In this document: positions 48,506 through 58,082 of the stretch, in pieces | Layout: each line of letters begins with the position of its first letter | Numbering within the stretch: the first letter of the stretch is position 1 | IMG/VR virus record: IMGVR_UViG_3300025626_001351 | Coordinates: 5,816 to 69,815 of that record | DNA: 64,000 bases | Source of the DNA: a virus | Reading direction: 5' to 3' (one strand) | The notes under the pieces: model-generated | Databases searched by the model: none | The model's input: the letters and a program-made list of their open reading frames with translations, nothing else | What the model was told of the DNA's origin: nothing | Position numbers and translations under genes: made by a program

Positions 48506-48994
48506 TTAGAATTGAAGTATTGCGTAATCGTATGTAAGTGTTAATTCAACCGTTGCAAGGTCTTCACCAGCATAGTCCATATCTGAAAAGTTAGCTGATT
48601 GTATATAAGCTCCCTTTAACGTCCACTCTTCTACTTTATCACCAACAGGACCCAAACTATTGAATGTGATATCTTTTTTGTAGAAATCAGAGTAACCATC
48701 TCTACCTGTTACAGATTCGTGATGTAATCTTACCCATTCCATTGTTGCTTGTGCAGCAGATGGTACTACTGGGTCATATAAAGTGATTGCGAGGTCTTGC
48801 CATTCAGAGCGACCTTTCACATATCTTCTAACATTGATGTGGTCGATGGTAACTTTACCATTTTGAATTTCTGGCCTAGCAGCTGTTTTCACTAAGTACG
48901 CAGGTATTCCCTCGATATACATAATGAACCTGTTTGACATTTTAGGTTCAAAATTCGTGAACATAATTTCTGTTGGGTCTAATAATTGTGCCAT
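48506..48994 (-). CDS. Tail tube protein (gp19-like)
   Basis: FEPKMSNRF, WQDLAITLYD, YKKDI, EEWTLKGA, LTLTYDYA. Confidence 0.88.
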   Translation of the reverse strand: MAQLLDPTEIMFTNFEPKMSNRFIMYIEGIPAYLVKTAARPEIQNGKVTIDHINVRRYVKGRSEWQDLAITLYDPVVPSAAQATMEWVRLHHESVTGRDGYSDFYKKDITFNSLGPVGDKVEEWTLKGAYIQSANFSDMDYAGEDLATVELTLTYDYAILQF

Positions 48995-49021
48995 TTAATT
49001 CTCCTATTGTTTCTTCTTACT

Positions 49022-49029
49022 AATAAATA
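49022..49029 (-). promoter_or_regulatory. Putative late promoter variant TATTTATT (tail tube)
   Basis: One mismatch, same relative position. Confidence 0.5.
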
Positions 49030-49044
49030 GTCTTGTTTTAAATT

Positions 49045-51444
49045 TTATCCTTCAGGAAAAGCTGCGCCAGTCGGAAGTACATTGAAATCAAGTACTATGA
49101 ATTCAGCAGTTTTAGCTGGTTGAATAAAAATTTCACCTTTTAATATATTTCTATCGATAACGTCTGGTGTATTGTTAGTTTCATCCATGATTACTCTAAA
49201 TGCGTACAGACCTTGTCTTTGTTGTACTGATTCTAAGTATGGGTTAACTATTGCCAAGAATCTGTTTCTTGTAGCAGCCGTATTATTTTCGAATATTAAA
49301 TATCTTGAAGATGAAGCGATAAATTTCTTTAAAGCGATTAATAATCTTCTTACATTAATTCTGTCAAGTGCCGATGGTTTAGCTTGAAGTGTCTTCTGAC
49401 CAAATACAGTAGCACCTTGTCCAGGGAATGTAGCGATTGGGTTAATTCTGTTTTCGTAAAGAGTATCTCTTTCTGTGTGAGTTAATCTTGTTTTAACTTC
49501 TATTACGTTTGGTAATCCACCTCTGTTTAAACCTGCAGGTGCGAACCATGGTTCAGCAACTGAATCGTTAAATGCAATTACACCTGGTATTACAACACTT
49601 GGCGGTACCCAGATTGGTTTGTTCTTATCAGTATCAAGGATTTTTACCCATGGGTGATAAGTACCAACGTAGTTAGAATCGAAAGCCGTTAATGAGTTAA
49701 CAACAGTAGCAATAGAATCTTGATATGCACCAGCGTCCATAACGTAGAATGCGTCTTGTCTATCTTCACACATATCTTTAGCAAATGTACTTACTGATGA
49801 GTGATATCTGTTGATAACACCTGGTGTTACTAACATATTCATATCGTATTCATCAGGATTAGATACAGCTGCGATAGCTTTTCTATAAGCAATTGTTCCA
49901 TCAGCCGTAGCAGATGATAAGTCTAAACCTTGTGAGTTTCCAGCGACAATATCAGCCCCTTTGTAAACTAATCGGTTTGGAGCGAATCCATCAAATCCAC
50001 CTTGGAATGGTATCATAAATTTCTTAGCGTCAATAATTGAGTTTAAAGATATAGCGGTTTCTTGTCCTACAATACCAGTTACACAATTAGACAACATAAA
50101 ATCAACACCTACTGATTCAAGAGAAGAATCTGGAATTGGATTTAAGAAGTTTAAATTATCTGTGTTTGTGAAATCAAATGAGTATCCTAAGAATGCTCTC
50201 TTGTTATATTCACCACCAATAGATTGTGATACTTCGTATGTTGGATGTGGTAAATCATACCCACTATGTACTGGAGACCTTAGAGCTTTAAATCCGAAAG
50301 GTACTAATGTTGAATCAAGTGCTTGATTATCTACATCAGAATCAACTTCTACTCTAATATGAACTGAAGCGTTAGCGTAGTCACCATTTGAAGTAACTTT
50401 ACCATTTGCATCAACAGTTATGTATTTGTCACCAATTACTCTCTTAATATAATTAGGAGAATTAGGGTCTAAGTTAACACCACTAAATTCTTCAACTATA
50501 TTAGGTCTAACATCAGAATCTTGTACAGTTGCACCAAAAACAGAATTAGGTATTTTACCCGTATCTACTCTTCTGATTATTACAGAGAATGTTCCGTATT
50601 CAGAACCTGGTACTTCAGATGCTTGTTTGATATCTCTAATACCTACTTTAAATTCGTAGTTAGTTGGATTACCATGAGATAGTGTATGGAATTTTATTAA
50701 TTTTTTAGTAACACCACTAACGTTTTGAGACGTAATCCAAGGAGTTGAAGCCTCTGAATAAGCTTTGGTGTAGTCAGTTGTAAAGTTTGATGCTTTAACT
50801 ACTTCTATAACTTCGTCTTTAGCAAAAGATGCTGATTGGAAAGTAGAAAAGTTCAAGTATGTGTATAGGTATTCCGATGATTTAGGAGCGTATCCAAGAA
50901 CTTTAGTAAAGTAATTTGTACTTGTTGGGTTTAAAGATGCTGTAGCAATTACAGTATATGCAGATGCTGATAATACAGGAACCGGTCCTGATGCACTTAG
51001 TGCAAGTTTAAAATCAGATGCTGATACATCAGTTAAAGAACCACTCAAGTTAGCTACAAAAGATAAATCTGTTGAACCAGTGTTGTGTGATGTTAATGTA
51101 GTTGTCGGATGGAATACAGCCGCAACTTGTCTTCCAGCTGAGCTGGATATTTCTAATACAAGTGGTTCAACTACATATCCACTCTGTCCTAATACTCTTA
51201 CGATAGTTGCATTTCCTGCATCTTCTAAGTATGCTTGCGCAGTATAAGGAAGATATGAATCTTCAGTTAAGCCTCCAAACGTTTGTTGGAATTCTTGAAA
51301 TGACTCTACTTTCGTTGGTACGAATGCAGGGCCTTTTATGGTTTGTCCTATAAGAGCAGCACCTATTTCACCAATACCTACTGGTAAAAATGATAAATCT
51401 TTCTCTCTTGTGAATACACCTGGACTAACAATTCTTTCAGCCAT
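49045..51444 (-). CDS. Contractile tail sheath protein (gp18-like)
   Basis: SPGVFTREKDLS, WFAPAGLNRG, RINPI, GQKTLQ, RINVRRL, IQPAKTAEFI. Confidence 0.93.
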   Translation of the reverse strand: MAERIVSPGVFTREKDLSFLPVGIGEIGAALIGQTIKGPAFVPTKVESFQEFQQTFGGLTEDSYLPYTAQAYLEDAGNATIVRVLGQSGYVVEPLVLEISSSAGRQVAAVFHPTTTLTSHNTGSTDLSFVANLSGSLTDVSASDFKLALSASGPVPVLSASAYTVIATASLNPTSTNYFTKVLGYAPKSSEYLYTYLNFSTFQSASFAKDEVIEVVKASNFTTDYTKAYSEASTPWITSQNVSGVTKKLIKFHTLSHGNPTNYEFKVGIRDIKQASEVPGSEYGTFSVIIRRVDTGKIPNSVFGATVQDSDVRPNIVEEFSGVNLDPNSPNYIKRVIGDKYITVDANGKVTSNGDYANASVHIRVEVDSDVDNQALDSTLVPFGFKALRSPVHSGYDLPHPTYEVSQSIGGEYNKRAFLGYSFDFTNTDNLNFLNPIPDSSLESVGVDFMLSNCVTGIVGQETAISLNSIIDAKKFMIPFQGGFDGFAPNRLVYKGADIVAGNSQGLDLSSATADGTIAYRKAIAAVSNPDEYDMNMLVTPGVINRYHSSVSTFAKDMCEDRQDAFYVMDAGAYQDSIATVVNSLTAFDSNYVGTYHPWVKILDTDKNKPIWVPPSVVIPGVIAFNDSVAEPWFAPAGLNRGGLPNVIEVKTRLTHTERDTLYENRINPIATFPGQGATVFGQKTLQAKPSALDRINVRRLLIALKKFIASSSRYLIFENNTAATRNRFLAIVNPYLESVQQRQGLYAFRVIMDETNNTPDVIDRNILKGEIFIQPAKTAEFIVLDFNVLPTGAAFPEG

Positions 51445-51482
51445 TATTTTCTCCTAATAATTAATCTTTGGGTTTACCTTTA

Positions 51483-51490
51483 TATAAATA
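51483..51490 (-). promoter_or_regulatory. Putative late promoter TATTTATA (sheath)
   Basis: Recurrent intergenic octamer. Confidence 0.65.
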
Positions 51491-51515
51491 CCTTAAAAAA
51501 TTTGAAAACGAATAT

Positions 51516-51797
51516 TTATTTGCTTGGAGTAAAGGTATTTTTTTCAATATCGTAAGTTCCCTCACCATATTTTTCCCTTAAACCGTTTCCTAATTCTGTT
51601 TCTTCAGTTCTTAAGTTATCATAATCGCCTAACAAAGTTTTCTTTTCGTCCTTTAATTGTCCGAATGTTTGTTCTAGCCTTTGTATATCAATTTCGATTT
51701 CCCCTAACCTACTTGTAACAGTCAAAACTTTTGCTTGAATGTCATAAATACGTTTTTGTTCTTCGTTTGTAAATTCTTTTACTATTTTCTCTTCCAT
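51516..51797 (-). CDS. Coiled-coil hypothetical protein
   Basis: 93 aa, LREKYGEGTYDI; has its own late motif. Confidence 0.6.
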   Translation of the reverse strand: MEEKIVKEFTNEEQKRIYDIQAKVLTVTSRLGEIEIDIQRLEQTFGQLKDEKKTLLGDYDNLRTEETELGNGLREKYGEGTYDIEKNTFTPSK

Positions 51798-51820
51798 AAC
51801 ATCTTTTGTTTATTTGTGTA

Positions 51821-51828
51821 TATAAATA
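51821..51828 (-). promoter_or_regulatory. Putative late promoter TATTTATA
   Basis: Recurrent intergenic octamer. Confidence 0.6.
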
Positions 51829-51836
51829 TGTAAATA

Positions 51837-52676
51837 TTATTCATTACCACGTTTTTTAGCATTTGAATTACCTGAAAGTGATGGTACTTCTCCAAAAGAT
51901 ACCTTACCAACTGAAATATGACGTTTAGTATTGTTGGTAACAGCAGCATATTCTGGTACTATGTAAGCTTTAACAGTTAAACTTATATTTGCTCTCGTAA
52001 TTCGGTCTTGACCCATTTCTGATATGGTCTCAAATCCATATGATTCACCCTTTACAACAAATTTATATCTTTCACCAAATGAACGTCCTTGGAAATAAAC
52101 TATTTGCTCTACTACCTTATTAACTTGTTCCATATAATCAGTCCAAACAACTACTTCATATTCTAAATTAACATAATCAGGTCTTTCTACTGATAAAAAC
52201 TCTTTTTTAGGTGTCTCATCTGTTAATATTGAAAATGCATCATATCGATTAACATTAGTATATGTTCGTTCAAACATCTGATGAGCATCTTCGTTTTGAG
52301 CTACTTTTAATTTTGAAAGTTCTGTATTAACTGACAAGTTATTTCTTTTAAACATAATAACAGGTGTTTGTAACATCCCATTGTCATCTCGCATAAACCC
52401 ATCACGTTGTGCACTTGCCCATTTTTCAGGAGAAGCATACATTACTGGTATTGGTAAAAATCTACCATCATCTTCTACAGTAGGTTTAACATCTTTTTCT
52501 AAAAACGTTTTAAATGCAGAATCAATATCATATATACCAACATTAACATTTTTTACTTTGTCTTTATCTCTACGAAGTTGTTTTGCTTTATTAAGCTTTG
52601 GGTCAACAGCCGTAGATGATTGTGTTTGTATAATCTGAGGTTTTGAATTATCTGTATTTCTATATTTAGTTGCCAT
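51837..52676 (-). CDS. Tail terminator / sheath stabiliser (gp15-like)
   Basis: IPVMYASPEKW, PDYVNLEYE, QVNKVVEQI; consistent position. Confidence 0.65.
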   Translation of the reverse strand: MATKYRNTDNSKPQIIQTQSSTAVDPKLNKAKQLRRDKDKVKNVNVGIYDIDSAFKTFLEKDVKPTVEDDGRFLPIPVMYASPEKWASAQRDGFMRDDNGMLQTPVIMFKRNNLSVNTELSKLKVAQNEDAHQMFERTYTNVNRYDAFSILTDETPKKEFLSVERPDYVNLEYEVVVWTDYMEQVNKVVEQIVYFQGRSFGERYKFVVKGESYGFETISEMGQDRITRANISLTVKAYIVPEYAAVTNNTKRHISVGKVSFGEVPSLSGNSNAKKRGNE

Positions 52677-52677
52677 G

Positions 52678-53205
52678 TTATAGTCCTATTGGTACTTTGT
52701 TATCATTTTGATTTGAATTACCAAATCGTGTATCAACTAATTTAATACTTGTTTGTCTTGAAACGTGTGCATCACATATAATAGATACATTCAACCCTTG
52801 GTCGTCACCACCATCCCAAGTCTTTGGGTTTTTTCCGGCAAAATATTGATATGAGTATGATGCGTCAATTAAATGATATTCATCATTCCATTGAATGATG
52901 TCACCAACACTTGGTACTAATTCTCTATCTACTAAACTTTGTCTAAGAAATCTAAACTGTACCTCACGACTATAAGATTGACCATAGTCATCTGATATTT
53001 GTGCTGATTGGTTTCTTTCGATTAAACATGGTACTTTTATAGGTTGGTTGTATACTTTATCTTTTCCTTCACCATATAAGTTAGATTTAGTATCGCTTAC
53101 TGATACCATATAGTAATATATCTCTGTATCGATTATATCATCTATTAGCTCTTTGTTTAGTTTATTAAACAAACTCATATCTCGTTGTCCACCGAACAAT
53201 GCCAT
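52678..53205 (-). CDS. Neck / head-closure protein (gp14-like)
   Basis: IYYY..NLYGE, PSVGDII; consistent position. Confidence 0.65.
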   Translation of the reverse strand: MALFGGQRDMSLFNKLNKELIDDIIDTEIYYYMVSVSDTKSNLYGEGKDKVYNQPIKVPCLIERNQSAQISDDYGQSYSREVQFRFLRQSLVDRELVPSVGDIIQWNDEYHLIDASYSYQYFAGKNPKTWDGGDDQGLNVSIICDAHVSRQTSIKLVDTRFGNSNQNDNKVPIGL

Positions 53206-53208
53206 AAA

Positions 53209-54372
53209 TTACCCTATAAAAATTGGTCTTGGTACTCTATTTAAAGTCTCTTCTAAATATTCAGACTCTTCTTTTCTTGCTTCCATTAATGACCTACGAG
53301 ATGTTGAATCTAACATTTCTTTTAAGTCAGTTAATAGAGTTTCTTTTTCTGCAGAAGCTTCATTTCTTAAATCTGCACCATCAAGTGTTACATCAGCTCC
53401 TGGTATTGGAATAGAACTAAATTTAGCTCTAATAGCACCTAACATTTCTTTAGCTAATGCTAATGCGTATCTAGCAATCCATTGTTTACCTGCACTATTG
53501 ATATTGGCATATGTTAATCTTCCAAATGGTGCGTTTGATAAATCACTCACAACATTAGTATTAGCAATAGGTGATTTAGTTTCACTTTCAAGTGTATATT
53601 CAAAATATACTTTAGCACCAGTGTCACCTGCCGTTGGTACAGGAAATAGTTTTACTCTCTGACCATCTATATGAAATCCAAATGAAGATTTACGGATGTA
53701 ATCGTTAAATTCAATAGCTTGTAATCTTAAGAGGTCATCAAACATTGGTTGCATCATAAATGATACACCAGGTGAGTAATTACCCCAACCAAAGGTTTGC
53801 ATCATTTGTTGAGAACCAAGACCAGTACCTACAAATGGGTCAAAGTATCTAATAATTGCAGGTGGTGATGTATGAAATACCTTACGAAGTGTTACTCCAT
53901 TAGATACTGAACCACTTTCTAAATTTACTCTAGAATCGTCACCTAAATCATAAATTTGTTGACCACCATTCATTTCGAATGAACCTGTATAAACAGTAAC
54001 TCTACCACCAGAACCAGCTTCTGTACCATAATCTTTAGCTATATTAACTACACCACCTAAATTTGTAGCTATTTCTGTATCTGATAAATCTAAATCTAAA
54101 GATGAGCCTTGTATAGATAACATATTCTCTTTTGCTCTGTACTGATTTACTTGTGAAGAATATTCATTAGCTGCCTCTTCAAGACAAGTAAAAAAGTTTA
54201 TATCTTGTAATTCAACATCTACGATTGGATAACCTAATCGCTTAGCACACCATTCAGCTACTTTTGGAGCATCTGATTGAAACTTAACGTCTGCATCAAA
54301 AAACCCAAAAGGAGTTGATGACCCACTTGAAAATGAACCTGAACCAGGCCAAATTGGAATATCTACTGCCAT
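53209..54372 (-). CDS. Neck / head-tail adaptor protein (gp13-like)
   Basis: RLGYPIVDVEL, WIARYALALAKEMLG.IR.KF..IPIPG..VTLDG. Confidence 0.75.
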   Translation of the reverse strand: MAVDIPIWPGSGSFSSGSSTPFGFFDADVKFQSDAPKVAEWCAKRLGYPIVDVELQDINFFTCLEEAANEYSSQVNQYRAKENMLSIQGSSLDLDLSDTEIATNLGGVVNIAKDYGTEAGSGGRVTVYTGSFEMNGGQQIYDLGDDSRVNLESGSVSNGVTLRKVFHTSPPAIIRYFDPFVGTGLGSQQMMQTFGWGNYSPGVSFMMQPMFDDLLRLQAIEFNDYIRKSSFGFHIDGQRVKLFPVPTAGDTGAKVYFEYTLESETKSPIANTNVVSDLSNAPFGRLTYANINSAGKQWIARYALALAKEMLGAIRAKFSSIPIPGADVTLDGADLRNEASAEKETLLTDLKEMLDSTSRRSLMEARKEESEYLEETLNRVPRPIFIG

Positions 54373-54392
54373 TTAATTCTCCTTGTTATACA

Positions 54393-54400
54393 TATAAATA
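54393..54400 (-). promoter_or_regulatory. Putative late promoter TATTTATA (neck operon)
   Basis: Recurrent intergenic octamer. Confidence 0.65.
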
Positions 54401-54409
54401 TGGTAGAAC

Positions 54410-56140
54410 TTATCTTTCCCTATTTTTCATAAAAGAAACTGTAATATAACGTGTTCCTTTAGTAGTAGCACGAGCTCCATGCTTATGTGTTATGTTTCCT
54501 GGATGTAAGGTAGCATAACCTATTGAATTCTTAACTAATTTTTGTTGTCTTTTAAAATAAGTACCACCACCTTCATATTCATCTAAGTCTGATAGTTGTA
54601 CTAAACAAGTTAAATCAGAAGAATCATGGTGTATTGACAAATGACCTTGTGCGTCAGGTACATATTTGGCTAAGAAGTTTTCACATTGTAAATCATCCCA
54701 ACCCTCTCCTTCAAGACCATATATATACACTCCCAATTGCATTACATAGTCTTTTAAAACAGCATTGTATATATCATCCATACCTATCTCAGTTAATAAC
54801 ATATCAGTAGTTGGATAAAATTCATGCCGTTTAAATGTCCACTTTTGCGAATGCTCAGCCTCTTCTCGAATCATTTTACAAAAATCTTCAGTAAATAATG
54901 GGAATGATAAACAATTATTAAATGGTTCATCTATAATTAAATCCCATTCCTTGGTTCTTACTGAATATGTTAAGAATTTGCTTTCCCACTCTTTTTTGTT
55001 ATCCCAATAAGAATATAATTCCGGATGTAATTTATCAATATTTTCATTAGTACTTCTTACTTTAAAAGTATGTGCACCAGTTGGTATTTTAATTGAAGTA
55101 TTTATCATATCAATCCACTCATTACTTCGAGTTTCCCAATTTTGTTGTCTTGCAAATTTTTCAGCTACATCTAAGTAGTCATATCCATTCTCTTCGATAA
55201 ACTCATAAGTTGATAAAAACGTCGCCTCTTGAATAGTTTCAGAAGTGTCAGCTCTAACTATTGCAGCTTTTCCATTTAGTAATGATTTTAAATTACCAGT
55301 ATCAGTTGAAATTATTTTAGTTCTACCCATCATCATTTCAAGGGCTGTAATACAATAAGTTTCATCATAGTTAGATGGGTACATCCAATATTCTGCCGAT
55401 TTAATCTGTTTATATAAATCTGCTGGTGGTAAGTTGCCCAACCATTTTACATCTTGATAAAACATTCTATTTTTATAGTCATTATACCATTCCATAGCAT
55501 ATGGTGGTGATGCGACCCATAACGTTAAGTATGGGTTTATTTTTTTTAATGATGGCCATAGTTTAATTAATACTTCAAGTCCTCTATCTGAGGCTGACGT
55601 ATAAACTATTTTATTTTTAAAAGTTTCTTGTTCTATTTCATCAAAATCAATAGGGTCAATAGCATTACCTAAAACAAACACTCGTTCTGGATCTAAATTA
55701 TAGTCCATAATTATATTTTTTCGTTGGTGTTCGGAAACTGCTATGATTTTTGTTAATCGTGGGTCGTTTAGATAATCTTTACCACCATTTGGTAATTCTT
55801 CACCATTATACCAAGGATAAAACTCCATATTATGCATCCAAAAGTATGATTTTTCATATGTGATATTTAAATCTTCTAATAAGGGTAAATAATTGATATA
55901 ATTACTTGCGATTACAACATCAAAGTAAATGTTACTCTCCAAATTAGCATATGGTATATACTTTACACCATCTGATTCAGATTCTATTACTTCACCTGTA
56001 ATAGTAACATCATGTCCCATAGATTGGAACTTTTCAGCTAATTTTATACTACAATATTCTGACCCACCTATTCCATTATTTAACCAATAATCTTTATTTA
56101 TGGGTTCTTTATGATACCCTGTACAAAATAGTATTTTCAT
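54410..56140 (-). CDS. Fusion of GT4 glycosyltransferase and PLOD-like 2OG-Fe(II) lysyl hydroxylase
   Basis: N-terminal GIGGSE, YTSASDRGL, YPSNYDETYCITALEM. C-terminal FPLFTEDFC..EAEH..W, PTTD, HHDSS, YEGGGTYF, LHPGNITHKHG..TTKGTRYITVSF. Confidence 0.85.
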   Translation of the reverse strand: MKILFCTGYHKEPINKDYWLNNGIGGSEYCSIKLAEKFQSMGHDVTITGEVIESESDGVKYIPYANLESNIYFDVVIASNYINYLPLLEDLNITYEKSYFWMHNMEFYPWYNGEELPNGGKDYLNDPRLTKIIAVSEHQRKNIIMDYNLDPERVFVLGNAIDPIDFDEIEQETFKNKIVYTSASDRGLEVLIKLWPSLKKINPYLTLWVASPPYAMEWYNDYKNRMFYQDVKWLGNLPPADLYKQIKSAEYWMYPSNYDETYCITALEMMMGRTKIISTDTGNLKSLLNGKAAIVRADTSETIQEATFLSTYEFIEENGYDYLDVAEKFARQQNWETRSNEWIDMINTSIKIPTGAHTFKVRSTNENIDKLHPELYSYWDNKKEWESKFLTYSVRTKEWDLIIDEPFNNCLSFPLFTEDFCKMIREEAEHSQKWTFKRHEFYPTTDMLLTEIGMDDIYNAVLKDYVMQLGVYIYGLEGEGWDDLQCENFLAKYVPDAQGHLSIHHDSSDLTCLVQLSDLDEYEGGGTYFKRQQKLVKNSIGYATLHPGNITHKHGARATTKGTRYITVSFMKNRER

Positions 56141-56141
56141 A

Positions 56142-57434
56142 TTACTCCACTATATAATTTAAAACTTCTTCTTTATTTCCATAACGTGTTCTATCCATCC
56201 ATGATTGTAGTTTGTATGAACTACCATCGTCATCATTCCAATTCCAATCAAACCCACCTAACTCACTAATACGTTCGTGAATAGAAGTATCGTAGTAATC
56301 TCGAATTAATCGGGCTCTTCTGTTAATATCAACTCTATTATTGTCAACAGTAGAGTCACCATTATTATATTGTACATACAACATTTTTTTAAGATGAATA
56401 AACTTTGTTTCTAAAAATGTTTTTAGAATTAATTCATAATCATCAGCTACTGATATATTACGATTGTGTCCACCTACTTTATGATAAGTATCACGATTCC
56501 AAATACGACAATGATTAGGCATTCCAATATTAAATCTAATTGTTTTTGGATTTATATCAGGATAGTGATGGGTTAACCATGATTTACCATCAGCCTCTAC
56601 CCAAGTGTGACCAGCATATGCCCATGCAAATCGATTGTCAGTATGTTGATACCAATCATCACCAATATGACCATACACTCGTGGTGAGTCGTCTTTTTCA
56701 ACCTCAGTTACATCAGTATATATAAACCCAGCGTCTGGATATTGCTTACTAGCATTAAGTACGTCTTCCAAACAAGTAGAAATTAACCAATCATCATGGT
56801 CTAATTCAAATAACCACTCACCATTACACATCATAGCTGCTCTGTGTTTGGCTTCTCCTACATTTCCTGATGTAGTTGGTGTAATTCTATGTATATGTAC
56901 TCTATAATCTTGACTAGCTATATCTTCTAAGTAATCCCAAGTAGTATTATCACCAATTGGTGAATCATCTACAACTACCCATTCCCAATTTTCATAGGTT
57001 TGGTTAACTAAACTCTCGTATGTTCTAAATATTCGTTCGTTAGTTTTATATGTTGGTGTAAAGATTGATAGTATGGGATTATCCACATCTCTGTAAATAT
57101 TATTTATATTACATGACCAAAATGTAGACTGACATACTACATCATTAGCTAAAACATTGTCAGATGGAGCAGTATCATATGATATTATCTTACTTGATAC
57201 CATAGTGTGGTGGTCAAGTTTTAAAATATCAGTTTGATGAGTATAATCACCAATAGTCATAACTATATCGGGATTATGTTCTGCTAAATGTTTTTTAAAT
57301 CCATCTGAAGACTCATATGAATATAAAATTACACTTTCTTGTAAGTCTTCTTCGAAATAAATGTCAGATTTAAGTGATATTTTTCCAAATCTATTCCATC
57401 CATATATTAACGCTGTAGGTAATTTTGTTTTCAT
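56142..57434 (-). CDS. GT2-family glycosyltransferase
   Basis: SIFTPTY, WEWVVVDDS, FELDHDD, GFIYTD, VADDYEL. Confidence 0.85.
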   Translation of the reverse strand: MKTKLPTALIYGWNRFGKISLKSDIYFEEDLQESVILYSYESSDGFKKHLAEHNPDIVMTIGDYTHQTDILKLDHHTMVSSKIISYDTAPSDNVLANDVVCQSTFWSCNINNIYRDVDNPILSIFTPTYKTNERIFRTYESLVNQTYENWEWVVVDDSPIGDNTTWDYLEDIASQDYRVHIHRITPTTSGNVGEAKHRAAMMCNGEWLFELDHDDWLISTCLEDVLNASKQYPDAGFIYTDVTEVEKDDSPRVYGHIGDDWYQHTDNRFAWAYAGHTWVEADGKSWLTHHYPDINPKTIRFNIGMPNHCRIWNRDTYHKVGGHNRNISVADDYELILKTFLETKFIHLKKMLYVQYNNGDSTVDNNRVDINRRARLIRDYYDTSIHERISELGGFDWNWNDDDGSSYKLQSWMDRTRYGNKEEVLNYIVE

Positions 57435-57440
57435 ACATTA

Positions 57441-58043
57441 TTATCTATAAGGTTCACCACCTACCCATAATACAAATGATTTTCTAATACCTTTTGAGAC
57501 AGGGGTAACTCTATGTAAATAAAAAGATGGAAATATCACAGCAGCTCCTTGAACTCGTGGTGCTGTTAATTGTCTACCTATATTAAATTGTAAATCACCA
57601 TTATCATATTCAGAAGGGTCTGATAATTGTACTGTTACTGAGATTTTACGTTGATTTTGGATTTCTGTTCCACAATCCATGTGCCAATTGTAACCACCTT
57701 CTTGAGTTCCGTAATATTCTGTATATTGGATTTGCTCATTCATGGTAGATAGGTCAAACTTCCACATTTCATTATTAGCTTGAATAATCATATCATGAAG
57801 TTTAGAATAAACCCATCTCCATTGTTTATTTTGTGGACACCATTTTATTCGTGATTTTCTATATTCAGATATTTTTGATTCGTCACCTTCACCAGTTACA
57901 GCATCTTGAAATGGTAATTCTTTGGTCATTGACTCTATAATTGTAAGTTCTTCTTTTGAAAACCCATTTTTGAACCAATAATAATCTGTATAGTTTACGT
58001 CATCTCGGGAAGACGACCTATTAAATCCGTATTTTTCTAACAT
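57441..58043 (-). CDS. 2OG-Fe(II) oxygenase (PKHD/prolyl-hydroxylase-like)
   Basis: YNWHMD, RKISVTVQLSDP..GDLQF, FPSFYLHRVTPV..GIRKS. Confidence 0.85.
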   Translation of the reverse strand: MLEKYGFNRSSSRDDVNYTDYYWFKNGFSKEELTIIESMTKELPFQDAVTGEGDESKISEYRKSRIKWCPQNKQWRWVYSKLHDMIIQANNEMWKFDLSTMNEQIQYTEYYGTQEGGYNWHMDCGTEIQNQRKISVTVQLSDPSEYDNGDLQFNIGRQLTAPRVQGAAVIFPSFYLHRVTPVSKGIRKSFVLWVGGEPYR

Positions 58044-58063
58044 AACTAATTATTTGATTTATA

Positions 58064-58071
58064 TATAAATA
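58064..58071 (-). promoter_or_regulatory. Putative late promoter TATTTATA (hydroxylase-GT cassette)
   Basis: Recurrent intergenic octamer upstream of 58043. Confidence 0.6.
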
Positions 58072-58082
58072 TTAAAATGTTT

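Noticed and set aside
732-56725. All short plus-strand track ORFs (for example 45062..45592, 47416..47895, 53153..53662)
   Set aside because: Antisense to well-supported minus-strand genes and lacking recognisable motifs.
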